Source: a bacterium
Lineage (GTDB): Bacteria; BMS3Abin14
Direction: 5' to 3'
Length of the DNA stretch: 38,788 nt
Assembly: GCA_041559575.1 (NCBI GenBank)
Contig: JBFFDD010000003.1
Coordinates: 1 to 38,788, forward strand
Under the pieces are notes generated by a model. It saw only the letters and a program-made list of their open reading frames with translations, did not search any database and was not told the origin of the DNA. Made by a program: the position numbers and the translations under genes. Positions 12,399-20,099 of this stretch are shown piece after piece (position 1 is the first letter of the stretch; each line of letters begins with the position of its first letter).

Positions 12399-12926
12399 AT
12401 GGAATCTGAAAAACGAGGATCCTATCGGTGGGGGAGTTTACTGTTGTCGTTGGTGCTGTTGTTCCTTTTGCTGGTCGGTGGGGCCCATGCCAAAGAAGGC
12501 CTGAGTTTCGCCATCGATCCGTCCTGGACGTTCCTGAGGGATGAGACCGTCGGCCGCACATACCTGATGACCTTTCTTCCCGCTGGTCAGACGGATGGGA
12601 ACTGGCAGAGCCGGTTCGAGATCCTGGAGGTGTCCCGGAAGGATTACCCTAAAAAGGTTGAGGAGGCCCAGGCCGGTCTTCTCAATATCAGGCTCAAATC
12701 ATGCCCCGATACACGGTCCGAGATCCTCGAACAGGACAAGACCAGCCTGATCTTCGAGATGGTCACATTCGACTGCGCTCCGCAGCCGGATCAGGATCAG
12801 ATCACCAGGATCCTCTACGGCAAAAAGAAGGCGTATGTCATGACCTTCACCCACCGGGCCGGAGAGGTCCCCCCCGGGATGAGGGACGGCTGGTTGAAGG
12901 TCCTGAGGGCGGCGAGTATCCGGTGA
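12399..12926 (+). CDS. hypothetical secreted/periplasmic protein
   Basis: AAGGAG RBS before ATG 12399; signal peptide-like LLLSLVLLFLLLVGGAHA; two Cys in mature part. Confidence 0.75.
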   Translation: MESEKRGSYRWGSLLLSLVLLFLLLVGGAHAKEGLSFAIDPSWTFLRDETVGRTYLMTFLPAGQTDGNWQSRFEILEVSRKDYPKKVEEAQAGLLNIRLKSCPDTRSEILEQDKTSLIFEMVTFDCAPQPDQDQITRILYGKKKAYVMTFTHRAGEVPPGMRDGWLKVLRAASIR

Positions 12927-13022
12927 GGAGGATAATCTCGACTTCGGAGCGGTGCCGGGGTCCAGCCGGGCCGCTGCTGGATCAAGGCAATCCCTTGAAG
13001 CAGAGATAAGAACGGCTGAGGT

Positions 13023-13622
13023 TTAAGGTTTCTCACCCCCGGTTGATCCTTTCCGATAAGCCCTCAGGATCGGCCAGGCGATGAGGGTCCCGAGGAGGAA
13101 GGGGAGGGCGATCTGCACCACCATAAGGTTCACGGGCAGGAGGAAAGATGGCGGCGCGTGCTGGGGGTTGCCGGGGAGGGTGCGCACGTAATAGGAGATG
13201 GCGGCCGTCACCCAGGTGAAGGCCCACACTCCGAACATGGCTGGACCCAGCCACCTCCTCTTACGGTAGAGCCCCGCCTTGTCGAAGTAGGAGAGATATG
13301 TCTTCCAGGCGAAGATCGCCACCAGGGGTATCGAGATCCAGGTGTGGATGTTGAAGGACAGGCTGTTCAGCTCCAGGGGAGGGTCGTTGATCCGGATGGC
13401 CGACACCAGGGAGTTAACGCCGTTAAAGAGCCCAAGCAGATAAAGGGTGGTGGCGAAACCGCCGAAGGCCCGGTGAGCCCGGTTCAGGACCCTGTCGGTG
13501 GTCAGCAGGGCGGGTTTGGCGAGGATGTACCCCGTGTAAAACCCGGTGGACATCTGGACGGTGGCACACAGGCATCCGAGAAAGGTAATGATGGTGTTGT
13601 ATTCGGCCAGATCAATGGGCAT
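13023..13622 (-). CDS. multi-pass membrane protein, cytochrome b-like (resembles DUF6529)
   Basis: About five hydrophobic segments; AHRAFG and IHTW His motifs, W-x-T-A-A-x-x-Y pattern. Confidence 0.65.
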   Translation of the reverse strand: MPIDLAEYNTIITFLGCLCATVQMSTGFYTGYILAKPALLTTDRVLNRAHRAFGGFATTLYLLGLFNGVNSLVSAIRINDPPLELNSLSFNIHTWISIPLVAIFAWKTYLSYFDKAGLYRKRRWLGPAMFGVWAFTWVTAAISYYVRTLPGNPQHAPPSFLLPVNLMVVQIALPFLLGTLIAWPILRAYRKGSTGGEKP

Positions 13623-13636
13623 GGTTCTTCAGTTCC

Positions 13637-13662
13637 TGGGGTCGTAGCTTGTATTTTAACAT
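13637..13662 (+). repeat. left terminal inverted repeat (26 bp)
   Basis: Exact reverse complement of 14604-14629. Confidence 0.93.
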
Positions 13663-13749
13663 CTGTATTTTAATTAGTCCTTTTATCTTCTCTTTGGCAA
13701 TATCTTTGCAGCAATTCTTCGACAACCCAAAGGTCGGAGACCTGGAATT

Positions 13750-14610
13750 ATGGCTAGATCACTCAGGGTTCAATATCCAGGAGCAGTTTACCACATTTCG
13801 TCCAGGGGAAATTCCAGACAGGATATCTATCTTGATGAAAAGGACAGGCTTCGGTTTCTGAAATTCCTGGACAGCACCATCAAGCGGTATGGATGGTCCT
13901 GCCATGCCTACTGTCTGATGACCAACCACTTTCACCTTCTTATTGAAACACCAGAACCGAATTTGGCTCCTGGGATGAAAAGACTCAATAGCCGTTATGC
14001 CCTGTCATTTAACAAGAGGCATCAAAGAATTGGTCATGTTCTTCAGGGCCGTTATCATTCCATCGTTGTCGAAAAACACAGCTATCTTTTGGAGTTGTGC
14101 CGGTATGTCGTATTGAATCCGGTTAGGGCGAAGCTTGTGGAGAATCCTGAAGAGTGGTTTTGGAGCAGCTATCGTGCCACGGTTGGGATCATAAGACCCG
14201 AGTCCTTTTTGACCGTTGACTGGATTCTTGGCCAGTTTGCAAAAGGAAAAAGGAACGCAGCGAGATTGTACGCTGATTTTGTCAGGCAGGGATACGATCG
14301 TTCACCGCCCTGGGAGCAGCTCGAAGGGGGTATTTTTCTGGGTGAAGAGGGTTTTGCGCAAACCGTTCGAGAGCAGTTCCTTGTGCGGTCCGATTCAGTT
14401 GCAGTCCCCCGTGTTCAACGAGGTGCAGGAAGACCGTCATTGGAAGACCTGTTCCCGAAATCCATCCTCAAGTGCAAATCCAGAAGGAACAGAAAAATCA
14501 CAGAGGCTTTTGAGTCACATCTGTATACCCAAAGTGAGATAGGCGATAAACTCAGGCTGCATCCAGCATCGATCTCGAGGATTATTAAAGACTGGAAAGG
14601 GAAATGTTAA
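13750..14610 (+). CDS. REP-associated tyrosine transposase-like (Y1/HUH, IS200-related) protein with C-terminal HTH
   Basis: YHISSRGN, HAYCLMTNHFHLL (HUH), GHVLQGRYHS, YVVLNPVRA (catalytic Tyr), WSSY, C-terminal YTQSEIGDKLRLHPASISRII. Confidence 0.92.
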   Translation: MARSLRVQYPGAVYHISSRGNSRQDIYLDEKDRLRFLKFLDSTIKRYGWSCHAYCLMTNHFHLLIETPEPNLAPGMKRLNSRYALSFNKRHQRIGHVLQGRYHSIVVEKHSYLLELCRYVVLNPVRAKLVENPEEWFWSSYRATVGIIRPESFLTVDWILGQFAKGKRNAARLYADFVRQGYDRSPPWEQLEGGIFLGEEGFAQTVREQFLVRSDSVAVPRVQRGAGRPSLEDLFPKSILKCKSRRNRKITEAFESHLYTQSEIGDKLRLHPASISRIIKDWKGKC

Positions 14611-14629
14611 AATACAAGCTACGACCCCA
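14604..14629 (-). repeat. right terminal inverted repeat (26 bp), contains the transposase stop codon
   Basis: Exact reverse complement of 13637-13662; TAA at 14608-14610. Confidence 0.93.
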
Positions 14630-14637
14630 AGAATTAG

Positions 14638-14868
14638 CTACCAGTTCTCAGGCGCCTTGGGAGGGTCGGGCCACTTCTCGGAATCGTACATGTTGTCATC
14701 CCGTTCCCAGCACTCCTTTGAGCAGAAGTGGACCGGCTCGAAAACGCAGCACCAGCCCGAAAAGCTGGTGTCGTAGGGATCCCCATCGATCTTGTGCCCG
14801 CACTGCTCGCACCACAGGTCCACAGTTCCGGTGTTGTTAAGGGTCGATTGCTTGAAGTTCGTTGACAT
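14638..14868 (-). CDS. small Cys-rich protein (TRASH/MYM-like metal-binding motif)
   Basis: 76 aa, CEQC...CC...HFCSKEC; GGAGG RBS 7 nt upstream of ATG; AT-rich upstream region. Confidence 0.7.
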   Translation of the reverse strand: MSTNFKQSTLNNTGTVDLWCEQCGHKIDGDPYDTSFSGWCCVFEPVHFCSKECWERDDNMYDSEKWPDPPKAPENW

Positions 14869-15114
14869 TGCGTCCCTCCCGTTTGATGGTCAAAGCGCAT
14901 ATCACCTTAGATTTAAGTATTATAAATTTAATATAATATGAAAATTCCGTTAAAAGCAAGGGAAAAATATCAGAATTTGCTAATATACCGATGCATCTTC
15001 GGAGGTGAGGATTTTCAAGCGGGCCGGAGTCAGGCGCAGGACCGGAAGCAGCCAGCCGGCTGTGACCAGTCTGTTTGGAACAATACGGGGAGGGTAGAGG
15101 CAGAAGGCAGGTTA

Positions 15115-16401
15115 TTAGGATGTCAGCTGGACCACTTCGGCGGCGGGCTTGATGAAATGCTGGCGCAGGCTCCACGTGTAGGCGCCCTGCCGGGGAAGGA
15201 GGAGGACGTCGCCCGGTTCGATTCCGTCCCCGAAGTAGGACCACCCCCAGACGTCGTGCGGTGTGCACAGAGAGCCGGCGATGAGGCAGGGACGCTCCTC
15301 CAGGGAGGGCCGGCTGAGGTTGATGACCGGCACGTAGTCGGTCTCGTAGCGTTCCCACCCCACGATGTTGGTCCCGGCGTCGGCGATGACCAGGTCGTCG
15401 GCCTTCCGGTCCGCCACACGGATCAGGATGTGCATGGCGTCGTTGACGATCCACCGCCCCGGCTCGGCGTAAACGACAGGGGAGGCGAGGGGGAACACCT
15501 GCTCGTGGAGTGCCCGGGAGATCTCCCGGGCGAAATCGTCGATGGGCGCCGCCTCCAGGCTCCGGTGCCCCCTTAGACTGATAGCATCTTCCGGTGAAGG
15601 TCTTTCCTCTGTCAACAGCCACTCTCCGTCAGAGGGCCAGTAGCCTCCGCCGATGTCCAGGAAGCATAGGGACTCCAGTTGCGTTGGGTCGAGATCCCGC
15701 AGAGCACCCCCAAGGCGGTGGATGAAGCCGACCTGGGCTTCCGGGGTGAGGTTCCAGCTGGTGTGGAACTGGAGGCCTTTAAAAATGATGTTGGGGCAGG
15801 CGGCTGACCGGTCCAAAAAAGATCTCAACCGGGACAGGGGGATACCGAACTTGCGCCACAGACCCTCTTCCTGGGTGGTGAGCCTTACCCCGGCGGTAGC
15901 CGTCACACCAATCCTGCGGGCAGCCTCCTGGAGACCATCCAGTTCGGCGAAACTGTCCATGAGGACAGTAACCCGGTCATGGTGTTCCGCTGCCAGATCG
16001 AGTTCCCGGGCTATCTTGCCGGGGCCGGAGAAGAGGATCCGGCGGCAGCCGGTCTCGAGGGCCATCTTCAGTTCGATGCCGCTGGACACCTCCAGGCCGA
16101 GCCCTGAACGGACAGCCTCGGCCGCCACCAGGGGATGGTTGCTGCACTTAACGGCGAAGAACGCCTCAAAGGCCGGGAGCCGCTCATTGAAAGCGGCGAG
16201 GAAGGAACGGGCCCTGTCCCTCAGGACGGGCGCTTCGAAGAGATAGACGGGTGTTCCCTTTTTGCGGGCCAGTCCCTCCATTTCCCGGGCCCGGTGGAGG
16301 AACCCTCTGACGAGGTCCCTGACCTGGCTCCGGGGTCCCTGGTTCAAGGGCGCTGCGGAGAAAAGAGCGCCCGCGGGATGTTCTTGCGGCACACCGGTCA
16401 T
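15115..16401 (-). CDS. PLP-dependent decarboxylase, diaminopimelate/ornithine decarboxylase (fold type III) family
   Basis: FAVKC (PLP Lys), FSGPGK, KFGI, LDIGGG, EPGR, GSLC..HD, GAY. Confidence 0.88.
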   Translation of the reverse strand: MTGVPQEHPAGALFSAAPLNQGPRSQVRDLVRGFLHRAREMEGLARKKGTPVYLFEAPVLRDRARSFLAAFNERLPAFEAFFAVKCSNHPLVAAEAVRSGLGLEVSSGIELKMALETGCRRILFSGPGKIARELDLAAEHHDRVTVLMDSFAELDGLQEAARRIGVTATAGVRLTTQEEGLWRKFGIPLSRLRSFLDRSAACPNIIFKGLQFHTSWNLTPEAQVGFIHRLGGALRDLDPTQLESLCFLDIGGGYWPSDGEWLLTEERPSPEDAISLRGHRSLEAAPIDDFAREISRALHEQVFPLASPVVYAEPGRWIVNDAMHILIRVADRKADDLVIADAGTNIVGWERYETDYVPVINLSRPSLEERPCLIAGSLCTPHDVWGWSYFGDGIEPGDVLLLPRQGAYTWSLRQHFIKPAAEVVQLTS

Positions 16402-17681
16402 GAGGCGATCTCCACCTCCGCCAGGGCCTCCAGGCCAGAACCTTCCTCGGCGAGCCGGTTTCGGTCCCGGGGCCGGAAGACGATGTGGCCAAGAATGCGC
16501 GAGAAGTAATCATGGGGGGGAAGAGACACCACGTGGCCCGGCTGCCTGTAGAGCACGACCTCGAGCACTCTCGGGTCCGCCTGGAGACGTCCGTTGGCCA
16601 GGCTTCTCAGAAGACCCTCCCGGCGGGCGAACAGGCGGAACGCGGCCAGGGAATAATGGGATTCGAGGGGTTGCAGCGAAGTCGGCCGGTCCTCGGCCAG
16701 ATCCAGGGCCAGTCCCAGGGTGTCGATGCCGCTGCTGGACCTGACCAGCCAGGGGAGACAGTCGCCCGCCGGCCGCGCCGAGACCTCCAGGAAATAGGGG
16801 CGTCCTCGATGAACGATGAAGTCGGCCATGAAAATGCCCCTGTCGAATCCCAGGGCTCTGGCAGCGTTACGGAGGTGGATCTCCAATTCCCTCTGGCCGA
16901 TGCCCGTTTCCTCGATGTCAGCAACGTAATAGATCAGAGCCGTTCCCGTCCCGATCTCAGGGGCCAGGACCTTGCCGGACAGCCGGACGAGCTGCGCGCG
17001 GCGGCCCGAAAGGATGAAATCGCAGCTGAATTCGGGACCGGTAAATCCCTCTTCCACGACAACATCCTGCTTCGGGTCCAAACCCTGGCCCGGAGAGGAT
17101 AGGTTCTGATACATCCGATCATCCGGATGATCGGCCAATATTCTGGTGATGATCCGAAATGCCTTCCTGGCGTCCTCACGTTTCTGGCACCAGAAGACCA
17201 GTTCACTGCCGGACCCGGTTAGCGGCTTGAGCACCAGGGGCAGACCCAGCTTGTCCATGGCCCCCTCGAGCCCGTCCCTGTCTCTCACAGTCAGGGTCCT
17301 CGGACAGGAAACCTCTGACCGGAGCCACGCCCGTTTGGAGTGAAACTTGCTCCGGCTCGTCCTGATCGACTCCGGCGAATGAAAGGGGAGGTTCCAGATA
17401 TTGGCAAGATCGGAGGCGAGGATCAGGGATTCGTCGTCGTAACAGGCGATACCGCTCAGTTCGATGCCGTAGCGGGCAAGGTGACTGTCCACGGCCTTGG
17501 CCGCCACCCTGGTGTGGCGCAGGTCTACAGTGATCTCCTCCTCGGGGCCCGGCCGCTCCTCCGCAGCCGCCTGCCGCAATCTTTCATCGGTGAGGAAGAC
17601 GGCGCGCCCCGGATATCTCTTTCTTATGATGTCCACGTAATCCGGGGTTGTGCCGGTCACCAGGGCCCGTTTAATGCTCAT
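16398..17681 (-). CDS. ATP-grasp ligase (L-amino acid ligase-like)
   Basis: VLKPLTGSGSELV, VVEEGFTGPEFSCD, FLEVSARPAGD; start set at ATG 17681 with AAGGAG RBS. Confidence 0.85.
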   Translation of the reverse strand: MSIKRALVTGTTPDYVDIIRKRYPGRAVFLTDERLRQAAAEERPGPEEEITVDLRHTRVAAKAVDSHLARYGIELSGIACYDDESLILASDLANIWNLPFHSPESIRTSRSKFHSKRAWLRSEVSCPRTLTVRDRDGLEGAMDKLGLPLVLKPLTGSGSELVFWCQKREDARKAFRIITRILADHPDDRMYQNLSSPGQGLDPKQDVVVEEGFTGPEFSCDFILSGRRAQLVRLSGKVLAPEIGTGTALIYYVADIEETGIGQRELEIHLRNAARALGFDRGIFMADFIVHRGRPYFLEVSARPAGDCLPWLVRSSSGIDTLGLALDLAEDRPTSLQPLESHYSLAAFRLFARREGLLRSLANGRLQADPRVLEVVLYRQPGHVVSLPPHDYFSRILGHIVFRPRDRNRLAEEGSGLEALAEVEIAS

Positions 17682-17694
17682 GGGAATCTCCTTT

Positions 17695-18609
17695 TCAGGC
17701 CGCCTGAGTGCCGGTGTCGGCCAGAAGGTACAGGGGGCGCTCCTGAAGGTGAAACATCTTCTTCCAGTTGAAATCGCCGCACAGGAAATCCACCTCGTGA
17801 AACCTCTCCTCGCAGGCGCGATGCATGTGATGCAGATTGATGAGCTTGGCGATGCCCGGAAAGCGAGGGTTGGTGCCCCCCGCCATGAGGGAGTAGACAC
17901 CGCGGTAAAGAACCCCCACGTCCACGGCGGCAATATCCCCCGCAACCAGGGCCGTCGTCACTCTGAGCCAGCCTTGCCGGGCAAAGAAAAGGACCATGCC
18001 CCTGAAACCTCTTCGAAAGCGGGGATCACTGAAGTACGAGTCGCTGCCGAAGCGGGAGACGTTCATGGCCACCATGGAATCGAAATCCTCGATCCGGTCG
18101 TAACGCCACGCGATGCCCCTGGCCTCAATGGCCTCCACCTCGTGCCGGATCCTCTTGGCCGACTTGCCGGAAAACCGCTTCATGTATCGGCTGAACTCGT
18201 AATCGAAGAGGGGGGGGCGGAACAGATAGCCCACCTCGTCCACCGTCCTGCTCCCCGGTAGGATGGTGGAACGGGGTGACAGATAGCGTATGTGGAAGGG
18301 GCCCGGGACAGCAGCCAGCAGACGTTCAAGGTCCGTGGCAGTCAGGATGTTCTGCTCCAGCCAGGTCCTGCCCTTGTATGTCTCACCGGGAAAGAAGGAG
18401 TAGCATCCCTGCTCCTCCACCCAGCAGAGGGGAAGCAGCCCGGACGGGCGGCCTCCGGTCTCCTCGACCAGGAAATGAAGGGGCCTTGCGAAGTGCCGGT
18501 GAAAGGAGGCGCGCACCTCCCACAGATCGGTGACCATCTCGCTGGGGATAATGGTCTCCCAGAGGTATCTGGCCTCCTCAAGTTCCCGGACGACGCGTAT
18601 ACCGTTCAT
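17695..18609 (-). CDS. GNAT-fold acyl/aminoacyl transferase (Acetyltransf_6-like)
   Basis: FSGKSAKRIRHE, YSLMAGG, GIAKLINLHHM..AC, VDFLCGDFNWKKMF C-terminal pattern. Confidence 0.78.
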   Translation of the reverse strand: MNGIRVVRELEEARYLWETIIPSEMVTDLWEVRASFHRHFARPLHFLVEETGGRPSGLLPLCWVEEQGCYSFFPGETYKGRTWLEQNILTATDLERLLAAVPGPFHIRYLSPRSTILPGSRTVDEVGYLFRPPLFDYEFSRYMKRFSGKSAKRIRHEVEAIEARGIAWRYDRIEDFDSMVAMNVSRFGSDSYFSDPRFRRGFRGMVLFFARQGWLRVTTALVAGDIAAVDVGVLYRGVYSLMAGGTNPRFPGIAKLINLHHMHRACEERFHEVDFLCGDFNWKKMFHLQERPLYLLADTGTQAA

Positions 18610-18611
18610 TT

Positions 18612-19013
18612 CTATCTCCGGAAGGTGACGTTGGTCTCCACCCTCGATCCGCCGAAATAAAGGCGGGCGAACTGGGCCACGACTTCAGGGTCGTAGGGTT
18701 TGCAGCTGAAGACATCAAGATACGTCGTGTTCGTAAGGTTGGCGAAGTGCGCCGAGATCAGGGAGGTCTCGATGAGCTGGACCATGGAGTAGCCGGCGAC
18801 CTTCTCGTCTTCCCCGAAATGGATCACCTGTGTCTCACCGAAACGTTTCATCTCGATGAGATCGCACAGTTCGACCACGAATCGACGGATGGCGTCCGGG
18901 TCCCGGATGGTTTCCGGACTGCAGTCGTAGATGTCGATGGCCGTAGCAATTCCCCACACGTTGTCAGCGGCGGCGCGCTCCGGCACGCTCATGGTTACGG
19001 GCTGAATTCCCAT
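18612..19013 (-). CDS. speD: S-adenosylmethionine decarboxylase-like pyruvoyl proenzyme
   Basis: IDIYDC, GYSMVQLIETSLISAHF, YLDVFSCKPYD; AGGAGG upstream of ATG 19013 (track start 19088). Confidence 0.85.
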   Translation of the reverse strand: MGIQPVTMSVPERAAADNVWGIATAIDIYDCSPETIRDPDAIRRFVVELCDLIEMKRFGETQVIHFGEDEKVAGYSMVQLIETSLISAHFANLTNTTYLDVFSCKPYDPEVVAQFARLYFGGSRVETNVTFRR

Positions 19014-19084
19014 GATCTCTTTTTTCCTCCTGTCATCTCCGCCGGTGGCCTGCGGCCTTGCCGCTGAACAGGCGTTGGGGCCGG

Positions 19085-19747
19085 TCACCGCTGGTTCTCA
19101 TCCTGACGGAGAGCGTCGCCGATGAACCGCGTCATGCTGTTCACCAGGGCCCCCCTCAGGGACTGTAGATTGGAGTCCACGTCATCGTCCTCAGAGGCGA
19201 TGACGGCGAACGAGTAATAGCCGGAAAGGAAACCCGCCACGGCGCAGCCGATGCGCCGCAGAAGGGGCTTGTCGAGGCGCTGCCTGACCACGGAGTCCAC
19301 CAGCGCCTCGATGGACTCCAGATACTCGATAAAGGGCGGTTCCAGACCGGAATACCCCTCTTGGAGCTTCAGGTCGGCGCGCCCCTGGTAGTAGAGGACG
19401 AAATCCTCCCACCGGGAACTGAAGAAATCGATGTGGGCCTGGATGATCGATTCCAGAAGGGAGGTCAGGTAGTGGGCTCCACGGCATCGTTCCTCCATGA
19501 GCGATACAAGCTCTCCCAGAACCTGCCTGATCTGCTGGGCGACGATCTCGTTTTTGTCCGCGAAGTGGTAGTAGAAGGTGCCCTTGCCGACATCCGCCCG
19601 CTGGGTGATGTCGTCGATGGTGGTCAGATCCATCCCCTTCTCGGCGAAAAGCTCCCTGGCCGCTTTCAGGAGCCGTCGGCGGGTAGCCCGAAGCTTCCTG
19701 TTCTGGCGGGTGATCTGTTTTCCGGGCTCCCTGTCGACAACTACCAT
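19085..19747 (-). CDS. TetR/AcrR family transcriptional regulator
   Basis: LLKAARELFAEKG...TTIDDITQRADVGKGTFYYHFADK HTH. Confidence 0.95.
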   Translation of the reverse strand: MVVVDREPGKQITRQNRKLRATRRRLLKAARELFAEKGMDLTTIDDITQRADVGKGTFYYHFADKNEIVAQQIRQVLGELVSLMEERCRGAHYLTSLLESIIQAHIDFFSSRWEDFVLYYQGRADLKLQEGYSGLEPPFIEYLESIEALVDSVVRQRLDKPLLRRIGCAVAGFLSGYYSFAVIASEDDDVDSNLQSLRGALVNSMTRFIGDALRQDENQR

Positions 19748-19774
19748 AACGTTTCCTCTCGTCCGTGATTTTTT

Positions 19775-19806
19775 TGACTAAATAGTCATAAATGACCAAA
19801 TAGTCA
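19775..19806. promoter_or_regulatory. tandem palindromic operators, probably for the adjacent TetR
   Basis: TGACTAAATAGTCA (19775-19788) and TGACCAAATAGTCA (19793-19806), 28-59 nt upstream of the tetR start. Confidence 0.78.
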
Positions 19807-19979
19807 ATAATAAAATAACCGTTTTTTATTTTTATTTTGGGGTGGGCAGGGAGGGTGGTCGGAAAAGAAAATATCCTTTAAATCAAGCTTGTTGGACTGG
19901 ATCAATGAAAGGGCCTCGGGGCGTTTACCTTCGGCAGGGATCTCTTTTTCCGGCCTCCGGGAGGGGAAGATTCGGACGT

Positions 19980-20013
19980 AAAAAAGCCCGGCTCATTTCG
20001 AGCCGGGCCTTTT
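19980..20013 (-). terminator. intrinsic terminator downstream of pyruvate carboxylase genes (possibly bidirectional)
   Basis: GCCCGGCTC-ATTTC-GAGCCGGGC 9-bp stem with A6 on the left (U6 on minus strand) and TTTT on the right. Confidence 0.8.
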
Positions 20014-20099
20014 ACATTAGTATGAGTGGAAGGAGGACCCGGATTATGTTCCCCGCTCCATTATTTTTGTGACCAAAAACTTCAAACTGTAAACTTTTT

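Larger units (their letters stand above)
13637..14629 (+). mobile_element. 993-bp IS-like element: Y1/HUH transposase bounded by perfect 26-bp terminal inverted repeats
   Basis: TGGGGTCGTAGCTTGTATTTTAACAT at 13637-13662 and its exact reverse complement ATGTTAAAATACAAGCTACGACCCCA at 14604-14629; interior visibly more AT-rich than flanks. Confidence 0.85.

Noticed and set aside
17682-17945. Apparent N-terminal extension of the ATP-grasp protein
   Set aside because: Overlaps the GNAT gene; ATG 17681 has a clear RBS.
18210-18217. G8 tract in the GNAT gene (similar tracts near 1018 and 4706) as phase-variation sites
   Set aside because: Frames are intact and such runs are unremarkable Pro/Gly codons in GC-rich DNA.
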